The position numbers and the translations under genes were made by a program. From positions 4,027-68,026 of the forward strand of contig JAXMKZ010000022.1 in assembly GCA_034370385.1 (NCBI GenBank): DNA of 64,000 nt, given 5' to 3'. Shown piece after piece: positions 18,240 through 28,302 of the stretch (the stretch's first letter is position 1; every line of letters begins with the position of its first letter). The stretch comes from Coriobacteriia bacterium (GTDB taxonomy: Bacteria > Actinomycetota > Coriobacteriia > Anaerosomatales > PHET01). Below the pieces are notes generated by a model. The model had not been told where the DNA came from, searched no databases, and was given only the letters and a program-made list of their open reading frames with translations.

Positions 18240-19432
18240 GGCGACTCCGGTGAACCGAGAGTCTGGCCGATGGCTTGGTAGATGCTCCGGGCCACCGCGT
18301 CAGCCCAGCGTGGATCGAGAAAGCTTGTCGTATCCGCTCGGTCTGAGTTGGATCCAAGCGTAACTCGGACCCAGACCCGTTCAGAGGCGCCGAACACGCC
18401 ATCCGATGCCTGGCTTTCCTGACGAGGTGCAGAGCCGGAGGCTGCCAGCGCGCTGGAGATCGCAGAAGCCAGAACAGCAGCTGACGTGGGCTGCGAGGCG
18501 GTCAACGAGGTGGCAGCCGAGACGACCATTCCCGGCGTGCCCTCCGGGCGGACGGACAGACCGACTCCGGCGGTGTATGCCAGGGCTCGGGCACGAGAAG
18601 CGCGATCGATCTCGATTGTGGACGTGTCCGCCCCGGTTCTGAGCATGGTCACCGTGGCGCCTGAGGCCTCCAAGAGTGACCTGAGCCGACGGGCGACCTC
18701 AAGGGCCGGGTCGTTGCCGGCTCCCGCCACAGGAGGCGCCGGGTCGATCACAAGCGCAACACCATCGAGACGATACGGCCGCAAGCTGCCTGTGGCTTCA
18801 CGAGACGAGGCCACTTGAAGCCGCACACGATCACCGGTGCGCACGGTAGCCCCTGCCGCGGGAGTCGATCCCAAGACCGTGTCACTCGCCGTGTCTGACA
18901 GCACGAACTCGACTTCGATGAAGAGTCCCATGTCCTCAAGCGTCCCCGTGGCCAGGGCAAGACCCTCCCCGACAACATCGGGCATAAGAAACTCCTCAGT
19001 GCCGCCGGACACGACGACCTCTACCGGGTCTCCGGGTCGCAGCTGCTGCCCCGGGGCAGGGCTCTGCTCGAGAACCTCGTTGGCGGGGGCGTCGCTGAAG
19101 CGCCGCTCAGCTACGACGAGGATCAGGCCCTCTCGGGTCAGCGTGGTGCCGGCTTCGGCCTCCGAGAGCCCGATGACGTTAGGGACGGCGACAGCTGACT
19201 GTGCGAACGACCAGAATGCCACGCCGGCAGCAAAGACGAGCACCGCCACGACGATAGCGCTGACCGCCCACACCGAAGGCGCCACAAGGGGCGAGCGCGC
19301 CCGACGTTCCCGGTCAAGTGCGGGTACGTAGGAGTTCTCGCCAGCAAGCGGCGCCGTGGGAATCGCAGCGTCAGCGAGCTCGTCGAGCCAATCGCTTGTC
19401 TGTTCTTTGGGGTGTTCGATGTCCTCACTCAT
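18236..19432 (-). CDS. Membrane-anchored protein with two PASTA domains and a C-terminal degenerate Amidase_3-like domain
   Basis: 398 aa. One TM segment (VWAVSAIVVAVLVFAAGVAFW) and two PASTA-like units (VPNVIGLSEAEAGTTL...VVVSGG; MPDVVGEGLALATGTL...LQVAS). The C-terminal ~190 aa align by eye to the LytC/AmiC-type amidase fold, but with VIDPAPPVAG in place of VIDPGHGG. Overlaps the M23 gene by 4 nt. Confidence 0.7.
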   Translation of the reverse strand: MSEDIEHPKEQTSDWLDELADAAIPTAPLAGENSYVPALDRERRARSPLVAPSVWAVSAIVVAVLVFAAGVAFWSFAQSAVAVPNVIGLSEAEAGTTLTREGLILVVAERRFSDAPANEVLEQSPAPGQQLRPGDPVEVVVSGGTEEFLMPDVVGEGLALATGTLEDMGLFIEVEFVLSDTASDTVLGSTPAAGATVRTGDRVRLQVASSREATGSLRPYRLDGVALVIDPAPPVAGAGNDPALEVARRLRSLLEASGATVTMLRTGADTSTIEIDRASRARALAYTAGVGLSVRPEGTPGMVVSAATSLTASQPTSAAVLASAISSALAASGSAPRQESQASDGVFGASERVWVRVTLGSNSDRADTTSFLDPRWADAVARSIYQAIGQTLGSPESP

Positions 19433-19573
19433 ACGCAGTCAAGTATACAGTCGACGTGTGATGAAGGTATGAACTCGTGCAGATTGGCCGTCGTCGCTTG
19501 AGAGCAGTGCCGTCGGGCAGGTATGCTGCACCCCCGTTTTCGAACTGCACGCTTCACGAGGAGGGTCACCCGG

Positions 19574-19834
19574 ATGCCTTCGTACGACTTCCGCTGCACC
19601 GCATGTGAGCTGGTGTTCGAGGTCACTCGGCCCATGACATCAAGCAAGCCCGAGCGTTGCCCTGTGTGTGACGCGACTACCAAGAGGGTCTTCACGCCCG
19701 TTGGCGTGGCTTTCAAGGGAAGTGGGTTCCACAACACAGACTACCGTCCTAAGCCGAGCGAGCAGGCCGACACGGCGTGCCCTGCCAAATCAGACTCGAA
19801 GCCGGGCTGTACTGGGTGCCCTGCAGCTGAGTAA
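19574..19834 (+). CDS. FmdB family zinc-ribbon protein
   Basis: ATG at 19574 preceded by gaggag. MPSYDFRCTACELVFEV...CPVCDATTKRVF is the CxxC-x(n)-CxxC FmdB signature. 86 aa. Confidence 0.8.
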   Translation: MPSYDFRCTACELVFEVTRPMTSSKPERCPVCDATTKRVFTPVGVAFKGSGFHNTDYRPKPSEQADTACPAKSDSKPGCTGCPAAE

Positions 19835-19880
19835 TTCGCGACGACTGCGAGGACACCTCCGCAGCGATGGTTGCAACGCA

Positions 19881-19906
19881 GAAGGCCCCGCATCGACGGG
19901 GCCTTC
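19881..19906. terminator. Hairpin between convergent genes (fmdB-like / glpX)
   Basis: gaaggccccg-catcga-cggggccttc (10-bp stem) followed by ttgt on the plus strand. Confidence 0.55.
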
Positions 19907-19956
19907 TTGTGCGCGCATGCAGGCGGGGCAGGACGCGCGGAATGTGCGGTGCGAGG

Positions 19957-20922
19957 CTAATCCATGCGAACCCAGAAGCGTTCGTCCCCGGTGCGGATGA
20001 CGGTCTCGATGAAGCGGACGGTGCCCGTCTTGTTGTCCATCGCAATCGAGTGAGTGCGCGCCCCTTGACCGAAGTAGCGAACACCGCGGAGCAGCTCACC
20101 GTCGGTGACACCTGTCGCGATGAAGGCCGCCTCATCGGTATTCACGAGGCAGTCCATGTCGAGTACTCCATCGATGTTGCAGGTTCCCATGTCCACGGCG
20201 CGCGCCTTCTCTTCGGGGCTGCGCCAAGCGAACCGTCCCATGAAGCATCCCCCGATGCATTTCATGGCCGCGCAGGCGAGGACTCCCTCCGGTGCCGCGC
20301 CGATTCCCAGATACAGGTGGATGCCCGTCCCTTCGATTGCCGTGGCCACGGCTCCGAACACGTCTCCGTCTGAGATGAGCCGGATTCGTGCCCCAGCCTG
20401 CCTGATCTCTGCGATGAGATCGACATGGCGATCACGATCGAGCACGCACACCACGATGTCCTCGACGTCGCGGTCCATGGCTTTCGCAACCGCTCGGATA
20501 TTCTCGGTGGGTGTAGCGTCGATATGTACGACGTGAGCGGCCGTGGGACCTACAGCGATCTTGTTCATGTAGGTATCGGGAGCGTGAAGAAGGGTGCCCT
20601 TGGGCCCGAAGGCGAGCACGGTGAGGGAGTTCGACTGACCGTACGCGGTGAGGTTCGTGCCCTCGAGGGGGTCAACCGCGATGTCGATCTCCTCGCCACC
20701 TCGCCCCACTTCTTCGCCAATGAAGAGCATGGGGGCCTCATCGCGCTCCCCCTCCCCGATGACGATGCGGCCGGAGATGTCGACGCCATTGAAGGCGGTC
20801 CTCATCGCCTCCACGGCCGCATTGTCCGCTGCGTGCTTGTCCCCCTTGCCCATCCACCGTCCTGCCGCAAGCGCGGCAGCTTCGGTGACCTCGAGCATTT
20901 CGACGATGCGGGTTGTACGCAA
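19957..20922 (-). CDS. glpX: Class II fructose-1,6-bisphosphatase
   Basis: VTEAAALAAGRWMGKGDKHAADNAAVEAMR...VIGEGERDEAPMLFIGEEVG is GlpX. The TTG at 20922 is preferred (gggagg 8 nt upstream); the track ATG at 20961 abuts the rsmB stop and is an alternative. Confidence 0.88.
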   Translation of the reverse strand: MRTTRIVEMLEVTEAAALAAGRWMGKGDKHAADNAAVEAMRTAFNGVDISGRIVIGEGERDEAPMLFIGEEVGRGGEEIDIAVDPLEGTNLTAYGQSNSLTVLAFGPKGTLLHAPDTYMNKIAVGPTAAHVVHIDATPTENIRAVAKAMDRDVEDIVVCVLDRDRHVDLIAEIRQAGARIRLISDGDVFGAVATAIEGTGIHLYLGIGAAPEGVLACAAMKCIGGCFMGRFAWRSPEEKARAVDMGTCNIDGVLDMDCLVNTDEAAFIATGVTDGELLRGVRYFGQGARTHSIAMDNKTGTVRFIETVIRTGDERFWVRMD

Positions 20923-20961
20923 GCTGTCAGCCTCCCTCTCGTGCGTGAACCAACAAGCCAT

Positions 20962-22338
20962 CTAGCTCAGACGAACCAGTCGTGCGACGAAATGGCCGTC
21001 TGGCCCCCCTGGTTCCGGAAGAGACTGGAACCAGCCCTCGGCGGAGAGGAAGTGATTCCATTCCGCCGGTATTTCACTCTCACCGAGTTGGTCGAGGCGA
21101 AAGCCGGACCCCTCATTAGATGCCAAGAACGCGCCGATGACCTGTTCGTTCTCACGTCGGACGACGGTGCATGTCGAGTACACCACGAAACCGCCGGGCT
21201 TCACAAGGCTCGCTGCCGTGCGAAGCAGTTTGGCGTCGAGGGCGGCGAGCGCTTCAATCTCCTCAGGCCGCGCCCTCCACCTGCGGTCTGGGTGGCGTCG
21301 CATGGTGCCCAGTCCCGAGCAGGGGGCGTCCACGAGCACCGCGTCAGCGGACTCGGGTGCGATGCCGACGGTGGACGGGTCACTGGCGTCGCCGAGGAGC
21401 GCGACGATGCCCTGTGCGCCCACCTGACTCACCGAGTCTTGCAGTGCGTTCAGCTTGAACTCGTGGTTGTCGAGCGCGGTGATGCCGGCCTCGTGACCGG
21501 CTCGGTGCGCCCGAGCTGCGATGAGAAGGCTCTTGCCCCCTCGTCCCGCGCCGATATCGATGACGCTGCACCCGGGGGACAGCGGGACGACCGTTCCCGC
21601 GACCTGGGCCCCGCCGTCCATCGCTATAGCCCGTCCCGCGGACAGCACCGACGACGAAAGCGCCGAGGCGGCGACGTCACAGCGAATGCACCCTTGAGGA
21701 CCGACAGCATGGGGGCCGCAATCGGCCCGATCGAGTTCGGCCATCACTTCGTCGAACTCCGATCGAAACGGCATGTGAGCCAAGAAGAGGGGCGCCGGCT
21801 CGTTGTTGGCCGCCATCACTCCAGCGGCCGCGTCACGCCCCAGCTCATCGGAGAGCATCTGAGCCATCCACTCGGGATGACCATGCAGGCGCGCGAGAAC
21901 AGCCAGATCGGTGTCCGGATCTCCCCAGGGAAACGCGTCCGCTCGTTCGGTCAGACGCCTCAGAACCGCATTCGCGAGAGAGCCGGCCCGGGGTGAGACG
22001 GCTTTGACCAGTTCAACACCCTCGTTGACCGCAGCACGAGCGGGCGTACGCATGAACAGGATCTCGTAGGCGCTGAGCGCCAGACAGTCACTGACAACCG
22101 ATTCGAGACGTACGTCCGCAGCAAGGTGGTCGGCCACGGCGGCGTCCACGGTCCCTCGGCACGAGATCGTCCCGTAGGCCAACCGGGTGATGAACGCGCG
22201 GCTCGTCCTGCTCACCTCTTTGCGCGCCAACAAGGCGTCCAGTGTTTCATGAGCATAGGCAGAGCGTTCGCGAACACGAGACACTACCTGCCTGGCCAAG
22301 AGCCGTTCTTCGGATGCACTCATGACAGATCCTTCCAT
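20962..22338 (-). CDS. rsmB: 16S rRNA (cytosine-C5)-methyltransferase RsmB/Sun
   Basis: 458 aa. A NusB-like N-terminal half, the SAM site VIDIGAGRGGKS, and catalytic DAPCSGLGT and YSTCT motifs. The fmt-rsmB order is conserved. Confidence 0.88.
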   Translation of the reverse strand: MEGSVMSASEERLLARQVVSRVRERSAYAHETLDALLARKEVSRTSRAFITRLAYGTISCRGTVDAAVADHLAADVRLESVVSDCLALSAYEILFMRTPARAAVNEGVELVKAVSPRAGSLANAVLRRLTERADAFPWGDPDTDLAVLARLHGHPEWMAQMLSDELGRDAAAGVMAANNEPAPLFLAHMPFRSEFDEVMAELDRADCGPHAVGPQGCIRCDVAASALSSSVLSAGRAIAMDGGAQVAGTVVPLSPGCSVIDIGAGRGGKSLLIAARAHRAGHEAGITALDNHEFKLNALQDSVSQVGAQGIVALLGDASDPSTVGIAPESADAVLVDAPCSGLGTMRRHPDRRWRARPEEIEALAALDAKLLRTAASLVKPGGFVVYSTCTVVRRENEQVIGAFLASNEGSGFRLDQLGESEIPAEWNHFLSAEGWFQSLPEPGGPDGHFVARLVRLS

Positions 22339-23246
22339 GTTGCATCGACGTCAAGGTTCAATCCACGCGCGAACGCCCCACCGGGCATCTCGTGACGCCC
22401 GTCAGGTTTGACGATCACGGCCTCTACTCCCCCATCGCTGGCACCGAGCACGAGGAAATCCCCACGGCACTCGACCATTCCTGGTTCGGCCATGAAGGAC
22501 GATGCTCGGGCGCTCACTACGGTGAGCTGCCGACCCGCCGCTACCAGTCGAGTCGGGGCTGCGGGACCCGATGCCCGGACGCGCTTGACGATCTCCTCCA
22601 CGGTCATCGTCGGTGAGACGGCGACATCGGCCTTGCCGATCTTGGGAGCGTAGGTCGCTTTCGAGTCATCTTGTTCCACCCACTCGACGGTGCCCTTCTG
22701 CAGAGCCTCGACGACTTCAAGCAGCGCAGCAGCGCCCCTCAGAGCGAGCTGGTCGGTGAGCTCTGCTGCCGACATCTCGGCGACAGGCACCTCGACGCTT
22801 CGTGCGTACGGCCCAGTGTCCAGGCCCTCTTCCATGCGCATGATCGAGACTCCGGTGACAGCATCCCCCGCAAGGATCGCAGCCTGAACAGGCGCTGCCC
22901 CGCGCCACCGCGGAAGGAGGGACGCATGTACGTTGACGCACCCGAAGGGTGGCACCTCGAGAATCTCGGGCGGCAGAATCAGACCATAGGCGGCGACAAC
23001 GATGATGTCCGGAGCAAGGTCGGACAGCGCCGCCGTCTGGGATGCGTCCCTGAGCGTAGCAGGCTGGCTCACGGGGATGCCCAGTTCGAGCGCGCGCACT
23101 TTGACCGGTGTCGGCACGGTGGCGGAACCACGCCTCGACACGGCATCGGGCCGGGAGTAAGCGCAAACGACGTCGTGGCGTGCGGCCAACGCTTCAAGAG
23201 AGGGCACAGCAAACTCAGGCGTGCCCATGAACACGACGCGGATCAA
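22320..23246 (-). CDS. fmt: Methionyl-tRNA formyltransferase
   Basis: 308 aa with RVVFMGTPEFAVPSLEAL and NVHASLLPRWRGAAP. Confidence 0.92.
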   Translation of the reverse strand: MIRVVFMGTPEFAVPSLEALAARHDVVCAYSRPDAVSRRGSATVPTPVKVRALELGIPVSQPATLRDASQTAALSDLAPDIIVVAAYGLILPPEILEVPPFGCVNVHASLLPRWRGAAPVQAAILAGDAVTGVSIMRMEEGLDTGPYARSVEVPVAEMSAAELTDQLALRGAAALLEVVEALQKGTVEWVEQDDSKATYAPKIGKADVAVSPTMTVEEIVKRVRASGPAAPTRLVAAGRQLTVVSARASSFMAEPGMVECRGDFLVLGASDGGVEAVIVKPDGRHEMPGGAFARGLNLDVDATWKDLS

Positions 23247-23271
23247 GAATCCCCCACTCGGTTAGCGATCA

Positions 23272-23823
23272 CTATCCGGCGACCGGGCGGTCTCCGGAAG
23301 ACTCGATGTCTGTCTGCCCCGGCGTGGCTCCCGCCTCAAGCGCTTCACGAAAGCGCCGGAGGGCGGCCTTGCGTTCTTCAGGCGCCGCCCGGTCGATGAT
23401 GACGACTCCGTCAAGATGGTCGATCTCGTGCTGCAGCAGTCGGGCGTGCAGCCCCTCGGCCTGAATCGTGACAGGCTCTCCGGCGAGCGACACCGCCTCA
23501 CAGGTCACCGACAGGTACCTCTCTACGGGAACCGAGATCCCCGGGAACGAAAGGCACCCCTCGTCATCGACTTCGGTCTGGTCTCCAGTCGAGGTGATCA
23601 CCGGGTTGCACAGGGCGACCGGACGAGGACTTTCGTCCCCGAGGTCGTACACAACCACGCGCTTGATGACCCCGATCTGGGTCGCAGCCAGACCGATTCC
23701 AGGAGCGTCATACATGACCCGCGCCATCTGAGCCGCAAGTTCAGGCAGCGAGGGGTCGGTGCTGGGGTCGACCTCGGCGGCACGCTGCTTGAGCGCCGGA
23801 CCGGGGTAGATGATCACATTCAT
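23272..23823 (-). CDS. def: Peptide deformylase
   Basis: 183 aa carrying all three Def motifs: GIGLAATQIG, EGCLSFPG and HEIDHLDG. Confidence 0.92.
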   Translation of the reverse strand: MNVIIYPGPALKQRAAEVDPSTDPSLPELAAQMARVMYDAPGIGLAATQIGVIKRVVVYDLGDESPRPVALCNPVITSTGDQTEVDDEGCLSFPGISVPVERYLSVTCEAVSLAGEPVTIQAEGLHARLLQHEIDHLDGVVIIDRAAPEERKAALRRFREALEAGATPGQTDIESSGDRPVAG

Positions 23824-23902
23824 CGATGGTTCCGTTCGGTTGTTGCGTGTTCACGCGTGCGTACGAGCAGGAGTCAAGCACACATTGTACCAGCGTGAGG
23901 GG

Positions 23903-26236
23903 TCACATCAGGCTCAAGGGATCAACGTCCAGCACCGTCACGACGTCTTTCGTCTGGCGAACAGGCTTGAGGGCTGACGACACAATCTCTCCCACGGCGG
24001 CGTCTCGGGGACCCTTGACCAAGACGTGCCATCGCCACACCCCCTTGACCCGAGACAGTGGCGCGGGACTTGGCCCAAGGACAGTCCATCCGGCGGGTAG
24101 CGCCCGCAGAAGGGCGTCTGCGGATTCGCCCGCGTGTCGGCTCACCGAGGATGAATCGCGACCCCGCACGAGCACATTGACGAGCCGCCCGTAAGGCGGG
24201 TACCCGAGCGCCAACCTGGTCCGTGACTCAGCTTCGTAGAATAGGCGGGGGTCGTGGGCCGCAGCCGCCCTGACCGCTGGATGCTCGGGCCAGTAGGTTT
24301 GCACGATGACCCGTCCTTGGACATCTCCACGACCAGCGCGTCCGGCAACCTGTTCGAGCAGTTGATACGCGCGCTCGCCTGCACGAAAGTCGGGAAGATT
24401 CAGGGTCACGTCGGCAGAGATCACCCCGACGAGGGTCACCGCAGGGTAATCGAGGCCCTTGGCGATCATCTGTGTTCCCAGCAGGACGGCGGACCGCTCT
24501 GACTCAAACGCTGCCAGCAGACGCTCGTGAGCGCCGCGTCCCGTGGTCGTATCCGCGTCCATGCGCACGACAGGCCACCCCGGGAAGGCTGATTCCAGTT
24601 CGGCCTCGACCCTTTGGGTCCCCGCGCCGAACTGCCTGAGGTAGGGACTGCCGCACTCAGGACAAACGGGTGGTACCGCCCTGACGGCCGCGCAGTGATG
24701 GCACGAAAGGCGTGACCCCACCTCGTGGTAGGTCATCGACGTCGAGCAAGAATCGCAGGAGGGAACGTGTCCACATTCACGGCACAGCAGAAACGAGGCG
24801 AAGCCGCGTCGATTGAGAAACAGGACGGCCTTCTCGGCAGATTCGCGTACCGCGCCAAGGGCACTGCAAAGCTCACCCGATAGCATCGACCGATTGCCCG
24901 AAGCGAACACCGCTGCGAGGTCGACGACCGTGACAGGCGGCAGTGCGCGCCCACTGACGCGAGCTGGCAGCTCCACCTTTCGCCATGCCCCCTCTTCGCC
25001 TCGCAATCTGGTCTCCATACTCAGACTCGCGCTGCCCAGTACGAGGGTGGCGCCTTTCTCCTCGCACAGCCGAACGGCGACGTCACGGGCATGGTAGCGG
25101 GGAGCGGACTCTTGCTTGTAGGAGGACTCATGCTCCTCATCGATCACGACGATTCCGAGATTCCCCAGCGGTGCGAACAGCGCGGATCGGGCGCCGACGA
25201 CAACATGGGCCAACCCATCTGCGACGCGGTCCCACTGGTCGAGTCTCTCGCCGGGCGTCAGCCGGGAATGGAGAACGGCAACGTCCTCGCCGAAGCGCGA
25301 GCGGAACCGCCCGACGGTTTGTGGCGTGAGGGATATCTCAGGAACCAGCACGCACGCGGTGCGCCCAAGCGAGATGACATGCTCGATTGCGCGCAGGTAG
25401 ACCTCGGTCTTTCCGGAGCCCGTGACACCATCAAGCGCAATCACCCCGGGTCTCCCGTCGAGGCTGCCCATGATGGCATCGAGCGCGGCTTGCTGCCCGT
25501 CGGTGAGGTTCGCGTGCCGGGGTGCTGACTTGAGAGCCATAGCGTGACCGCGGGTGCGCCTGAGAGACGTGATCTCAATCGCCTCAGCCTTGGCAAGTGC
25601 CACCAGCGCGGAGCCGACGCTGCCGAGGTCCGCGGTCAACTCCGCGACGCGAACGGGTCCGGCCACCAGCGCATCGAGGATCGCTCTTTGGGTCGTGGCT
25701 CTTCGGGACGGCTCATAGAGACTGCCTTCGATCAGACTCACCCATCGATCATCCACGGGGCCCACGCCCGGGCGTTTCAGGTTCCAGGTCACAGAACCAT
25801 CGTCAGCCAAGCTGCGCACGGCCTTCGGGGTTGCGCCCGGAGGCGTGAAGAGCCTGACCGCCTCAGACAATGGGCACACGTACTCTTGGGAGATCCACTC
25901 CGCCACGCGACTGGCTTCTGCGTCGAAGAAGGGCCCACCGAGCACCGCGGACAGGGGCTTGAGCCGCTCAAAGGGAGAGGTCTGGCTGAGCCCGACCACA
26001 TAGCCAACAGCGGGACGGTTGCCGAAATCCACGGCTACACAGTGCCCGACTGCGACATCCATACCTACCGGCACCGCGTAGTCGAAGGCGCGATCGAGCT
26101 CGCGGGCGGCAACGTCCACAATCACCTGAGCCACTTGTGCGATCCTGAACACCCCCTCGACAATCGGTGATTCGCCCAGCATAGCCGAGGCCGCCGACAT
26201 CAAGCGTGCGACGTCAGCGGCCTCGGTTGAGAACAC
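23903..26236 (-). CDS. priA: Primosomal protein N' (replication restart helicase)
   Basis: 777 aa. Walker A GVTGSGKTEVY, DEEHESSYKQ, and the Cys-rich zinc insertion CRECGHVPSCDSCSTSMTYH...CHHCAAVRAVPPVCPECGS. Confidence 0.9.
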   Translation of the reverse strand: MFSTEAADVARLMSAASAMLGESPIVEGVFRIAQVAQVIVDVAARELDRAFDYAVPVGMDVAVGHCVAVDFGNRPAVGYVVGLSQTSPFERLKPLSAVLGGPFFDAEASRVAEWISQEYVCPLSEAVRLFTPPGATPKAVRSLADDGSVTWNLKRPGVGPVDDRWVSLIEGSLYEPSRRATTQRAILDALVAGPVRVAELTADLGSVGSALVALAKAEAIEITSLRRTRGHAMALKSAPRHANLTDGQQAALDAIMGSLDGRPGVIALDGVTGSGKTEVYLRAIEHVISLGRTACVLVPEISLTPQTVGRFRSRFGEDVAVLHSRLTPGERLDQWDRVADGLAHVVVGARSALFAPLGNLGIVVIDEEHESSYKQESAPRYHARDVAVRLCEEKGATLVLGSASLSMETRLRGEEGAWRKVELPARVSGRALPPVTVVDLAAVFASGNRSMLSGELCSALGAVRESAEKAVLFLNRRGFASFLLCRECGHVPSCDSCSTSMTYHEVGSRLSCHHCAAVRAVPPVCPECGSPYLRQFGAGTQRVEAELESAFPGWPVVRMDADTTTGRGAHERLLAAFESERSAVLLGTQMIAKGLDYPAVTLVGVISADVTLNLPDFRAGERAYQLLEQVAGRAGRGDVQGRVIVQTYWPEHPAVRAAAAHDPRLFYEAESRTRLALGYPPYGRLVNVLVRGRDSSSVSRHAGESADALLRALPAGWTVLGPSPAPLSRVKGVWRWHVLVKGPRDAAVGEIVSSALKPVRQTKDVVTVLDVDPLSLM

Positions 26237-26248
26237 TCAGTGGTCAGA

Positions 26249-27487
26249 CTAGTCGTTGAGTCCTGCTGCCGCAGCCAAGGCATCAACGCGGTCGGTGCGC
26301 TCCCACGTGAAGTCCTTGTCGTCGCGCCCGAAGTGCCCGTACGCGGCGGTCTTGCGATAGATCGGGCGACGCAACTCCAGGTCGCGAATGATCGCTCCGG
26401 GGCGAAGATCGAACGTGGACAAGACGGCCTCTTCGATACGGCCCACGGGCACCCGCTCGGTCCCGAATGTCTCAACAAGGATGGACAGCGGGTGGGCGAC
26501 GCCGATAGCGTAGGCAAGCTCGATCTCGCAGCGATCAGCGAGGCCTGCGGCAACGACGTTCTTGGCGACCCAGCGCGCCGCGTAGGCGGCCGAACGGTCC
26601 ACCTTGGTGCAGTCCTTGCCGGAGAAAGCCCCTCCCCCGTGACGGCCCATACCGCCATACGTATCGACGATGATCTTGCGGCCCGTGAGGCCGGTGTCGC
26701 CCATGGGGCCACCGATGACGAACCGACCGGTGGGGTTCACGAAGATCTCGGCGTTCGCGTAGGGAATGCCTTCGAGGTCCAGTACGGGCTTTATGACGTG
26801 CTCGATGAGATCGGGGCGAAGCAGCTCTTGGATGTCGACGCCGTCGGCGTGCTGGGTGGAGATGAGGATCTTCTCGACCGACACGGGCTTGCCGTCGACG
26901 TACTTGACCGTGACCTGGGACTTGCCATCGGGCCGTAGGTAGTCCAGAACCCCCGCCTTGCGAACCGCAGTGAGGCGCTCGGCGAGTCGATGCGCAAGGT
27001 AGATCGGCATGGGCATCAGGTGGGGAGTCTCGTTGCACGCGTAGCCGAACATCATGCCCTGGTCGCCTGCGCCCACGAGGTCGATCGGGTCGCACCCTTT
27101 GCCGTGCTGGACTTCGAAACTCTCATCGACGCCCATCGCGATATCCGCGCTCTGCTCGTGAATGGTGGTGATCACGCCGCAGGTCTCGTAGTCGAAGCCG
27201 AACTTGGCTCGGGTGTACCCGATGTCCTTGATGACGTCACGCACGACAGCGGGGACGTCGATGTAGGCCTTGGTGCGAATCTCGCCGCTGACTACCACAA
27301 GACCCGTGGTGATGAGGGTCTCGCAGGCAACGCGCGCGTTCTCAAGATCGCCGCGACCCTCAGCCTCAAGCTCGATCTCACGAGCGTAGATGGCATCGAG
27401 AATGGCGTCGGATATCTGGTCGCACATCTTGTCGGGGTGACCCTCGGTCACCGACTCTGACGTGAACAGGTACTCTCGCTCTGACAT
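26249..27487 (-). CDS. metK: S-adenosylmethionine synthetase
   Basis: 412 aa with [30 protein letters not shown] and GGGAFSGKD. Confidence 0.95.
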   Translation of the reverse strand: MSEREYLFTSESVTEGHPDKMCDQISDAILDAIYAREIELEAEGRGDLENARVACETLITTGLVVVSGEIRTKAYIDVPAVVRDVIKDIGYTRAKFGFDYETCGVITTIHEQSADIAMGVDESFEVQHGKGCDPIDLVGAGDQGMMFGYACNETPHLMPMPIYLAHRLAERLTAVRKAGVLDYLRPDGKSQVTVKYVDGKPVSVEKILISTQHADGVDIQELLRPDLIEHVIKPVLDLEGIPYANAEIFVNPTGRFVIGGPMGDTGLTGRKIIVDTYGGMGRHGGGAFSGKDCTKVDRSAAYAARWVAKNVVAAGLADRCEIELAYAIGVAHPLSILVETFGTERVPVGRIEEAVLSTFDLRPGAIIRDLELRRPIYRKTAAYGHFGRDDKDFTWERTDRVDALAAAAGLND

Positions 27488-27623
27488 GCATCCTCCTTCG
27501 TCGGCCCCGCACCGGGGCTACTCTCGAAGCGAGGGCATGAAAATGCCCCCGCCGTGGACAGACAGGGGCTTCGCCACACGCGGTGCTCACGACAATGACG
27601 GCGCGAACGAGCGCGGCTCTTCC

Positions 27624-27763
27624 CTCATCTTCCAGGCACCGAAACATCTGCCTGCCGAGACGTGGCACCGTTCGCGACCTTCCACGTCGGTTGCCGGGGT
27701 GTCATAGGGCTCGGTCCCTCGACCCGCTGCAGCAGCGCCTGCGCGCGGCTGCCTCTCGATGAG
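27624..27763 (-). promoter_or_regulatory. SAM-I (S-box) riboswitch in the metK leader
   Basis: Minus-strand RNA: CTCATCGAGAGgcagccgcgcgcaggcgctgctgcagcgggtcGAGGGAccgaGCCCtatGAcaCCCcGGCAACCgacgtggaaggtcgcgaacGGTGCCAcgtc...ggaAGATGAG. This matches the S-box core (P1 cuCAUC/GAUGAG, GAGGGA, GCCC-GA-CCC-GGCAACC, GGUGCCA). The P2 region looks expanded. Confidence 0.8.
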
Positions 27764-27831
27764 CGCGGCTACTGTATCATCTCGACTGCGACAAGTGAAG
27801 TCGCCGGAACCCCCGAACGAGAGGGAAAGTC

Positions 27832-28269
27832 GTGCCCAGTTCACAGGCGAATGCCATTCAGAGGTACCTCAATAAGATCGTCTTCGGAATCGAGGTCGTC
27901 GTCTCTGCGGCGCTGGTTGTTCTGAGCGTGCTGGCGCTTGTGACCCTGAGCATGCAGATTCTTGAAGTCTCGCTTGACGGACTTTCGCTGAACGCCGGCG
28001 AGTTCACCTTGGTCATCTCCACGGTGCTTGAGGTGTTCATCTTGATCGAGCTATTCAGGATCGCGATCGCCTACATGCTGCATCGCAACGTGATTCCTAC
28101 CGTCATGGAGGCCGCCCTCGTGGCCGTGGCGCGGAAGTTCGTCATCTTCGGTCCGAAAGAGGACTTTCTGAATGTCGCCTTGGGGCTGTCGGCACTCCTG
28201 CTGGCACTCGCCGCCTCTTGGTGGCTGTTGAAACAATCCGATGCCTGTGCGTTGGACGACCACGCCTGA
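27832..28269 (+). CDS. PsiE-like (phosphate-starvation-inducible E family) membrane protein
   Basis: 145 aa, GTG start after gagagggaaag. Four hydrophobic helices with LEVFILIELFRIAIAYM, reminiscent of PsiE. Confidence 0.6.
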   Translation: MPSSQANAIQRYLNKIVFGIEVVVSAALVVLSVLALVTLSMQILEVSLDGLSLNAGEFTLVISTVLEVFILIELFRIAIAYMLHRNVIPTVMEAALVAVARKFVIFGPKEDFLNVALGLSALLLALAASWWLLKQSDACALDDHA

Positions 28270-28302
28270 CCCCGTCGCTCACTTGAGATTAGGGAGCCCT
28301 TC

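Noticed and set aside
20425-21996. 523-aa plus-strand ORF
   Set aside because: It is antisense to glpX and rsmB, both of which carry unmistakable family motifs. No RBS or recognisable domains are present.
28270-28302. T-box leader upstream of gltX or glnS
   Set aside because: The leaders are only ~30 nt and ~18-57 nt long, far too short for a T-box. No specifier or T-box sequence was seen.
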